The translations under genes were made by a program, and so were the position numbers. The notes beneath the pieces were generated by a model. The model did no database searches. It was not told the origin of the DNA and saw only the letters and a list, made by a program, of their open reading frames with translations. Below are positions 25,807-34,193 of a DNA stretch of 34,193 nucleotides, piece by piece; positions within the stretch are counted from its first letter, which is position 1, and the number at the start of each line of letters is the position of its first letter. The DNA is from Seison nebaliae (taxonomy: Eukaryota), in NCBI GenBank assembly GCA_023231475.1, contig JALJEE010002886.1:1-34193 (forward strand), in the 5' to 3' direction.

Positions 25807-26374
25807 TTACAAATTCATATCGACATCTTTCTTCATTGAAGCGATCCATTCTTTAATCTTATCTTTCGGCCATGATTTGTGATTCGTTATCAAAGTTTTC
25901 ATTTTATCCGAAAATTTGTTCATAAACTTCTTAATCGGATGATTGAATCTTGTATCGTCTAACTCGTCCGCGAAATTTGACAATTGATCTATAGGAAAAA
26001 TTTGAGTAGAATTTCGGTTATTAATCGAAGAAATTTTGAAACTTTGATAATGTTTGAATTGAATAGCAGTTTCCGGCGTCCATTGATGTTTTAATGCTTT
26101 AACAATAAATGACTTATAATTGTCCATGAATTGATTGAAATCATGTACATTGCCAGTACTTCGTTTACCAAAAAGATTTGAGAAGAAAGTAGTCAGAAAG
26201 TCTAAATTTCATAATGTTTACAAAATTAAGTGTAAAAAAAATTTAAATAAGAAAAAAACTCATTTTTGCTGGTTGAATAACATTGTCATGTATAAATTGA
26301 GTAATATCAGTTTGACGTTCTTCATGAGCGAAGACTGCACAAACCGTTATTGTTAAAATAATTAAAATTTTCAT
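25807..26374 (-). CDS. Secreted pre-pro-protein, 169 aa, with GKR amidation/cleavage site; intron 26202-26259
   Basis: MKILIILTITVCAVFA signal peptide, then HEER-QTDITQFIHDNVIQPAKMNFLTTFFSNLF-GKR, spliced in frame onto ORF 25807..26127. Confidence 0.8.
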
Positions 26375-26560
26375 TTTCTCTGATTTTCCTTCAAGTCAAA
26401 ATGAAGTTTATCAGTTTATAAAATGATCATGCTTCGTCCGTTAGCAGATGGAAGAATTCTCAGCAGATTCTGTGAGATAGATTCTGGTTGTGGAAAATAG
26501 TTTTTGGAAAAATTCAGGACAACGTTTTATTTAATAGTGAAAATGTGAAATGTTTTTCTT

Positions 26561-29500
26561 TTAAGAAGTTGTTGAATCAACTTTATCGTTATCAATTTCT
26601 TTTTTCCCTAAATGCTCCTCAATGTATTGGTGGAGAATGTCTGGCACATTAATATCACAAGAATTGATATTCATTATTGGTTCCATAGCTCTCAATAAAG
26701 AATTATACAAATTGGGAAATAATGATTCCTGTTGAGCTAAAATTCCTTTGATTCGATTTCGTTCCTGGTATAATTGAATTGTAGGAAATTAAGAAATAAA
26801 TACAAACTTTTGGAGCAGAGAAACAACCTGGACAATTTTCACTGATTATCGGAAGGTTTGACGACAAAGCGAAATGTTTCAAATCTTGTTCACGACAATA
26901 GACTAAAGGACGAATTATTCTTAAATCTTTCTCTCTGGAAAAAATAAGAATTTTTATTTATCATATTCTCTAACTTCACCGTATAAGATGCTTTGATCGT
27001 TCTCAGTAATCCATTATGAAAGATTGACATAATAAAACTGGAAGTAAGTGACAAATTAATAATAAAAAGTGAATGAATACTCGAACCTTTCTGCTAAATC
27101 GTCCAAATGTTGTCCCAATGCTAAAACGTTCCATCCTTCTCTTCTGGCAGCCGTGTACATTCGTCCTCGTTTCATTCTCGAACAGAAGGAACAGATTGAA
27201 CGACATTCATCTCCAAGATCTTTCGCTTGTTGAATAATATCTGTTAAATTATTTATAAAATAAAAAATATTGGGAATTAAATAAAAAATATAACTTTGTT
27301 CTTCGTAAAGATATGGTACATTCAATTCCTTCAAATATAATTTTAACGGTGACGGATCGTAATCTGCGGATTGTGGATCGATAGTCAATGCACCAAGTTC
27401 AAATTGAATATTCTGAAATTGTTTCAATATTTCGAATAGTTGATAAATATAGTAGTTAACTTGTGCTTCCAAATAAAATTGGAGAAATCTCATTGATTGG
27501 AGTAATGTCAACGAATCCTTCCCACCTGATAAACAAACTAGTACTCGATCGTTATTCCGGATCATATCAAAATCTTTTATCGCCTTACCATAAATGAAGT
27601 AATATTTAAATTAAGACGAATAAAAATAAGAAGAAAACTCTTAGAAATGGTAATCTGATAGATTTCGGCGGAGTGTACCATAATGATTTTCTTTCCATTT
27701 TCATTTCAATTTCACAATTCTTATTTTGGAGATTAGATGTAGAATCATTTACAATCTCATGAATATCATTTGTATTTGAATTTGAAATGAGTTCATCATA
27801 TTTCTTTACATTGAAACAAGAATTGTTCAATAATGAATCATCATTTATTTTTAAGAAAATTTCTAATTTATCATAAAATTCATTTGTCTTCTGATTAATT
27901 TCTGTGAGATCGAGTGATTTCTTTATTCCATTTAATATTGATACATAATGATCTCTTTCCGATTTATTCATCAAATGAATTGCTGATGTGACTTGATTTT
28001 GTAAGAGGAACCATTGATAGTTCATCATACCATCGTCATCATCAATATTCGTAGTAATTTTGATATCATTCTCAAATTTACTTTTTTTCGGATATTTAAT
28101 AATCATTTGAAGAAGATTAATTGAGTTGATGAGATTTTGATGAAAAGACATATCGATTTTCTTCTCTGATATATTTTCATTTTTCATTTGAATTTTATTA
28201 TTATCGAAATGGAGATTATTCAAATAAATTCGATTATTATCCAGTTTCCATTCTCGATGGACATATTCCCCAGTTTGTACATCATATCGATAGAGTGGTA
28301 AGAAGAAACTTCCAAATTTACCAATAAACTTTAAAACTTCCATCACATAACATAATTCTTCCGTTGTCGTAATATAAGAGAGTGAGATTCTTGTGAAACC
28401 GGGACGATAAATCTCATATGAAGGAAATTCATTTTTTCCTTTATTCTGGTGATCATTAACATCACTAAAAAATTAATGTTACATGCTTAAATTTGAAAGA
28501 AAATTAACGTTCCGATCAATAATAATTTCTCGAATTTTTTCACTAAATCATTCGACATTCCAAGAAGATGTTGTGCATAAGGACCAGCACACGAACATCC
28601 ACCACGACTACATATCCCGAATAAATCATTCAACAAACTAGTTACGAAATTGTAATGAAGATATTGGTTGAAAATTCGGTTGGATGAATTGATTCGATTT
28701 TGTAATTGGACGTTGATCAAGAATGAAAATATTGGAAGTTTTCTCTTGAATTTCCCTAATAATTTTAACGAATTCGATTTTTTTTGAAATGTTTGCACAA
28801 TATTGTCTATCAAATATTGATCTCTTCTCTCTATTTCATCAGTTGATAAAAGTTGTTTGTTAACAAGCATGACCAATCCTGCTCTTATCGATTCCATAAT
28901 AGCTGCTGTTCCACCTTCTTCACGAATCTCTTCATTTTTTAAATAAATCTCCGAATCTTTTCGTACCTGTTCAATTCGTCAATAATGAAAATAATGGATT
29001 ACTTCTGACCAATTGTATTGTGAGAGTACTAACGAAAAATACGCTTCCACCACCACAATTGAAAGGAATTGGATTGTTCAATAATTTCTTTTTAACAATT
29101 AATATTCCTGGAGTTTGAGGACCACCTAAGAATTTGTGCATTGAAAAATACATTGCATCTTTTCTCGTCAAATATTTCATTTGTCCATCAACTGATGGAT
29201 TCATATTGAGTGAAACATAAGGTGCGGACGCACTATAATCCCAGAAAACTAAAGAATCATTTTCATGCATTATTCTCGTGATCAAATCAATCGGTTGTTC
29301 AATTCCATTAATATTCGATGCACCATTAAATGTTCCTAAAAGGGATTTTGATATTGAATGAAATTTTTAAAGTTTAATGAAGAATTTTACCGATTATTTG
29401 ACGAGATGATGATGATTTTCTTAATTTAATCAATTCGCCTTTCAATTGGTCAATGTCAATTAAACCGGAATCAATATCTTCATTAATGATGATCATTTCT

Positions 29501-30094
29501 TCACAAACTTCTTTCCATGGTAACAGATTCGAATGATGTTCGAACAAAGATGAAATTATTATCTAACAAAAAGGTTTTTTTTAGATAATTGATATCAATT
29601 TGAATTAAACCGGTTTAGTTTGAAGATTTAGACAATGTATCAATAAATGAACAGCAGCTGTAGATCCACTTCCAATGAATATAACAGCATCCCCATCATC
29701 TGCATTGGTACTACTTCGAATAATTTGTCGTGATTCATCTCGAAGCATCGTCGTAATTAATGCATTTCTATTTAATCTCGTATGAGTATTCGCATAAAAT
29801 GGAAGACATTCTCTCAAAATAAATTGTTCTATAAATTCCAATGATTGACCTGATGCTGCATAATCACAATAAATAGCTAAAATAAATGAAAAATAGTGAT
29901 AAAACAGTTTTGTATTAAAAGACAGTTCAACTTTTCACTTGGCCGAAACATGTAGTAAATTGACCATTTTCTATTAACTGACTTCTCAAATATTTTATTA
30001 ATCTTTCGTAATATTGTTCGTTGTGTTGGGAAGCATCAAATATTATTTCAGATAATTTACCATCAACATGGTGGTAAAAATTACGATAACTCAT
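26561..30094 (-). CDS. Fusion protein: class V PLP cysteine desulfurase-like domain + TtcA-type PP-loop tRNA thiolase; introns 29877-29931, 29563-29610, 29336-29390, 28967-29033, 28465-28508, 27584-27638, 27413-27460, 27241-27294, 27038-27086, 26935-26974, 26765-26807
   Basis: N-half: YCDYAASG, YANTHT, EHHSNLLPW, DYSASAP, SMHKFLGG (PLP Lys), EEGGT, RGGCSCAGPY. C-half: DFDMI, LSGGKDS, ICSFCSRMKRG, LGQHLDDLAES, IIRPL, ENCPGC. One continuous spliced frame. Confidence 0.92.
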
Positions 30095-30356
30095 TGAATT
30101 TTACACGTGACAAATTTGGATTAGCTTCTATTTTAGAGTCGAATCGTTTAGTTGCAATAAATAATTTACAATTGTTCGTCATTTCAAATTTCGTATAAAT
30201 CTAAAAAACCATTTGAGAAATAATTGTACTTTAAAGAATCAGATAAATTTCATTTTAAATTGACAAATAGACGATAGCATTGAATAAATCAATTGAAAAT
30301 GATAAATTATTTTATTATAAGAAAGAAAATAAGAAAGAGATTTTTTGACATAATTA

Positions 30357-30512
30357 TTATGTGAATATTGGTAGTACAACGTTCATCAAGGATAATTCTG
30401 GACCTCCAGGATCTCCACCGGCCTTATAACCCATATAGATAACGGTTGGAACAAATCCAAAATAAATTGTTTTTTCTAAAATATAGTAAAGTTCTTCTGT
30501 TGTTGAATTCAT
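30357..30512 (-). CDS. TOMM7: Mitochondrial import receptor subunit TOM7, 51 aa (below ORF-track cutoff)
   Basis: YFGFVPTVIYMGYKAGGDPGGPELSLMNVV matches the TOM7 motif WGFIPLVIYLGFKRGADPGMPE. Confidence 0.92.
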   Translation of the reverse strand: MNSTTEELYYILEKTIYFGFVPTVIYMGYKAGGDPGGPELSLMNVVLPIFT

Positions 30513-30923
30513 GAGGGATTTCTTAATTTTTCGTTTTGAAATAAGAAAGGAGTTTAGATTTCAGTTGAAAACTATTTATTCAGTTTGAAAAAGTATTGCA
30601 CTATGATTCTGAAATTTCAATTATCATGAAAAGCCAAAGAATAAAATCAGAAGAAATTTTAAATTATTTTTCTTTCTTGGAACTTGAGAAATTTAATTTA
30701 TATGATCGAGCATTATATTCTCAAAGGAAGGAAATGTAATTTATGAAACGTATTTTTATCATTTTTATAAGATAAATTAAGAACAAACGTATTCGACTTT
30801 TGTTTATTAAAATACTAATTTAAATTTGATGGTGAATAATTACCTAGTTTGATAAATAAATGAATAATTAGAAATTTAGTTACTTTTGAAAAGCAGATTA
30901 TAATAACAAATTGTAATAAAAAG

Positions 30924-31972
30924 TTACTCGATGAACGGTATACCAGAGAAAGTGTTAAGACGATAAATGGCGAATTTGTTTTTGTATTCATTTTGTAATA
31001 AGTCATCTTCTAGTCTAATACGATTCTGGAAGAATTTCCATCCGACGAAAGTGAGAAAGAATAAGGAACAATAATTCTTTAGCATCAATTGACCTCCCAT
31101 AACCCAAAGAAGCCAACCGGCATAAGCAGGATGTCTCATATAATGGAAAATTCCACTAGTAACTAAATTGGCATCTTTGGTTGAACGACTTTCAAAATCA
31201 TCTTCAATAACATGAGAGAAATTTGAACGAAGAGAAACAAACGACGATTTTCTCAAGATCTCTCCTCCCAAAATCATTGCTAATCCATACCATCTTATGG
31301 AATTTGGAAAGATATCTTTACCAGTTGTCGATGCATAATGCATAGAGAAGAATTCGACACAACTTAATAAAATTGCCATATGATAATGCATCGAATGACT
31401 CATGAGGAAGGAATCATTCTTTAATGTTCTCGGCGTATAGAGAGCGGTGAATACGAATTCCGTCATATGAAATAGAGAAACGGCTGTACTATAAGTGAAG
31501 AACCATTTCCATGGTATACGTGCGTCTAAAATACCATACGTACTGGCGCCACATGCAGTTCCCAGGATACTACTTCTGACAAATATCTGAAAAGAAATAG
31601 TTTGAGAGAAAACACAAAAAAAGTATCAACTTCACTCAATCTCAATTTCGGATCAAAAAATTCTTCTCGTTTTCTGAACTTTCGATAGGAAATTAAAGCT
31701 GCGATCGTTCCAGCTCCAATGAGAAGAAGTAGAAACGGTTTTTGATATGAAGAATATTTGATTTCTTTTAAAGCAAATTTCACATTTTTTGTCCGAATGG
31801 CTTGTTTGAAGAATCTGGAACAAATTGATTTGATTGTTAACTTCTTTACATAATTTAACAGAATGAAAGACGAAGTAGACACAATACCACCGGCGAATCC
31901 ACCAATAGCTACATTAAGACACCATTCTCCATTATTGCGATAGTGTGCTTGCATATAATGCGCTGCGTACAT
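30924..31972 (-). CDS. ICMT: Protein-S-isoprenylcysteine O-methyltransferase, ~334 aa; intron 31587-31630
   Basis: SLFHMTEFVFTA, DSFL, GEILRK, NFSH, LVTSGIFHYMRHPAYAGW, FFQNRIRLED. Start at 31972 is inferred; a further in-frame 45-nt GTT..CAG intron near 31815-31859 is possible. Confidence 0.9.
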
Positions 31973-32241
31973 TGAAACGTGAAAAATTAATTTAAAGACG
32001 AATAAATTCTGTAAAAATGGGATTCCTGAGAAAAAATGAGAAAATTTGACAAATAAATATTTTGTTTGTTTTCTAATTATTTCATCATATTCTTCACAAG
32101 AAACCAATAAAGAAAATGTTGAAAACTTTGATAACAAAGAAATTTCTGATAAATTTTATGTTCTTTCAAAAAGGAAATTGAATTGTGTAAATAGAGAGAG
32201 AGAACATACAAGAAATTTGTTTTTGAGTAAATATGGGAAAT

Positions 32242-33093
32242 TTAGAGAAGTGATGTATTTATATAATCGATGAAATGTGTAGTGATCAATTGAATATTTG
32301 TGGAATGAGTTAATTCCTTATTTCGTTGACGAAATTGGGTAGCAACTCGTTTGATCTCTGCTTTCCTGTAATCTCTTTTTAGCATAAATGGAATTTTACT
32401 GTTCTCAATCGGAATTTCAGTAACTGGAATGACATCTTTCATCTTCTCTAATAGTTCCAATTGAATATTATTTATGATTTGTCCGAACGATATGATGTTG
32501 GTGGAAGAGACGATGGTGGTGGGAAGTGTGGCCATATTCGGTTTCTGTTTCATTCCATCAATTATCAAATTTAATACTTGTTTCATTGACAATTTAATTT
32601 TTTCTTCATTATAAGAATTGAAAATTTCGATTAATGGCAATTCCCATCTATCATCAACAGAGGGATATTCGAAACGTTGTTGAACTGCTTCAATCGTTGA
32701 TGAATGATATGTTTTGAGTGAATGATTTCTTCTCAATAATTCATCAATTCCTACATTCATCAAAATTAAACATTGTGTAGTCTCTCGTTCTTTACATAGA
32801 CAATAAAGTTCATAACGATATCCTTTTATATAATTAGCTGCGTCAACAATTACAATTTTTTCTTGGTCCAAATGATGAACGATATTCCCTTTAATTAATG
32901 CACGATGTTGTTTTTCATTATCCTTGTCCAAATACATCGCTTCTTTACTCATATTGATCGTCTTGAGAAGTTCATCTTCATCAACTAAATGAACGTTCGA
33001 ATAATTTTCATCTTCTTCGATAAAATTTTTTAATTTCCGAACAAATTCTGTTTTACCGCTCATCATATTCCCAACCATTGTGATAAGAGGCAT
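32242..33093 (-). CDS. KTI12: KTI12 Elongator-associated P-loop protein, intronless
   Basis: MPLITMVGNMMSGKT P-loop, EKQHRA, DAANYIKGYRYELYC, RFEYP...RWELPL, KPNMAT. Confidence 0.95.
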   Translation of the reverse strand: MPLITMVGNMMSGKTEFVRKLKNFIEEDENYSNVHLVDEDELLKTINMSKEAMYLDKDNEKQHRALIKGNIVHHLDQEKIVIVDAANYIKGYRYELYCLCKERETTQCLILMNVGIDELLRRNHSLKTYHSSTIEAVQQRFEYPSVDDRWELPLIEIFNSYNEEKIKLSMKQVLNLIIDGMKQKPNMATLPTTIVSSTNIISFGQIINNIQLELLEKMKDVIPVTEIPIENSKIPFMLKRDYRKAEIKRVATQFRQRNKELTHSTNIQLITTHFIDYINTSLL

Positions 33094-33414
33094 TCTTACG
33101 AAATCGAAGAGTGAATCTCAAAAAATGATTCCCTAAACTAACATTTTGAAAGAATTAATCTTTCCCTTCATCCTTTCCTCAAATACATGACATATTCGAA
33201 CAACTATTATCTGTTAATTTCTTTCTCATTCTGAACAATAATTTGCCATATTTTATCTTCATTATTTATTTAATTACACAGACTTATCGTTATATTTTAC
33301 AAAATTTAATATTAAACATTCGAATTATAACTTTTTAATAAAAAGTTTTTATTAGAACAATTAGTGCTTGTAATAAATTTCTAAAAAATATAAAAGAATA
33401 AACTATAATAAAAA

Positions 33415-33965
33415 CTGTTACTGTGTTGTGAGCGTTACTGTTAGCGCGCTAATATACAATAGGAATTTAAAATAATCGGACACTTTTACGTTTTTATAAA
33501 ACCGGTCATAACTTCTGTTATATGAAGTATCTTTTGTAAAGGTGGATATCACAAAATAGCCCTATTCAAGCTCTTAAAGATAGTGCAAAAAAATTTGAAA
33601 TAATTTAAATATTTCATGCATTAACAGGGCATTTTGCATAAGAGTTCATTTTTCTCTCTCCCGCATGTTTCGAAAATATCGTTTAAAAGTTTTATCCTTC
33701 TCAATTAAAAAAACCTTTTATGCCTATCTTGTAGAGCATGTATAATTACATTAGAAAAATTTAAAAAAAAATTAAATTATGACATAATTATTGAGCATTT
33801 TCTAAAAGTTGTGTTTTTGCATTTCCGGATCAACCGTAAACTATTTTAAATCGTGGTATGATTTTTTGAAATCGTCGCCATCGAAAACCCCCATGTGTAA
33901 ATTTTCAACGATTTTGGAAATACTGAAGCATTACTCTTCGTGCAGTTTATAGCGCAAAGTATAAA
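33415..33965. mobile_element. Possible non-autonomous DNA transposon/interspersed repeat fragment
   Basis: Non-coding stretch compositionally distinct from flanks, with motifs reminiscent of invertebrate MITE-like repeats (GGTCATAACTT; TCGAAAACCCCCA...AAATTTTCAACGATT). No termini identified. Confidence 0.25.
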
Positions 33966-34193
33966 ATTATATTAACTTAATTATAATTTTATAATTTCTA
34001 ATTATAAATATACTTTTTTGGGTTTGAGCATACAAACTTATAATTTAACTTAATATAATTTTATAAATATAATAACAATAAAGTTTTAATTTTTTACTTT
34101 AATAAATAAAAATTTCATTTAAAAAGAATCTTCTTGTATAGAATATATAACAAAAAAATCCAGATTTACAAAAGCATCATCCACAAAAAAGGA

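Noticed and set aside
26561..30094. Bacterial contamination as the source of the TtcA-like gene
   Set aside because: Eleven spliceosomal introns of the local type and contiguity with TOM7/ICMT/KTI12; ancient transfer is not excluded.
30594..30601. miR-92 seed TATTGCAC
   Set aside because: No complementary arm found; expected by chance.
1..34193. Alternative genetic code, CRISPR arrays, tRNA/rRNA genes
   Set aside because: Conserved genes read normally, with in-frame stops explained by introns; no repeat-spacer, cloverleaf or rRNA motifs seen.

Overview
AT-rich, gene-dense invertebrate (probably protostome/spiralian) nuclear DNA with very short introns (40-67 nt). In order: 3' end of a kinesin heavy chain gene with two +1 frameshifts; a decayed, internally inverted LINE; a Six3/6 homeobox gene with a 6.4 kb gene-free upstream region containing a ~230 nt multi-stem structured element; a 58-aa peptide precursor and a 33-aa hydrophobic ORF (both missed by the ORF track); a type II transmembrane serine protease; Sec24C/D; an orphan coiled-coil ORF; two miR-36-family hairpins with very long loops; and a tight minus-strand cluster KTI12 > ICMT > TOM7 > cysteine desulfurase-TtcA fusion > secreted GKR-type propeptide. 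Most notable: (1) 27 of 29 hand-reconstructed introns start GTT instead of canonical GTR; (2) an intron-containing single-chain desulfurase + TtcA-type tRNA thiolase; (3) long-loop miR-36 precursors. All models were derived by eye and are unverified by transcript data.
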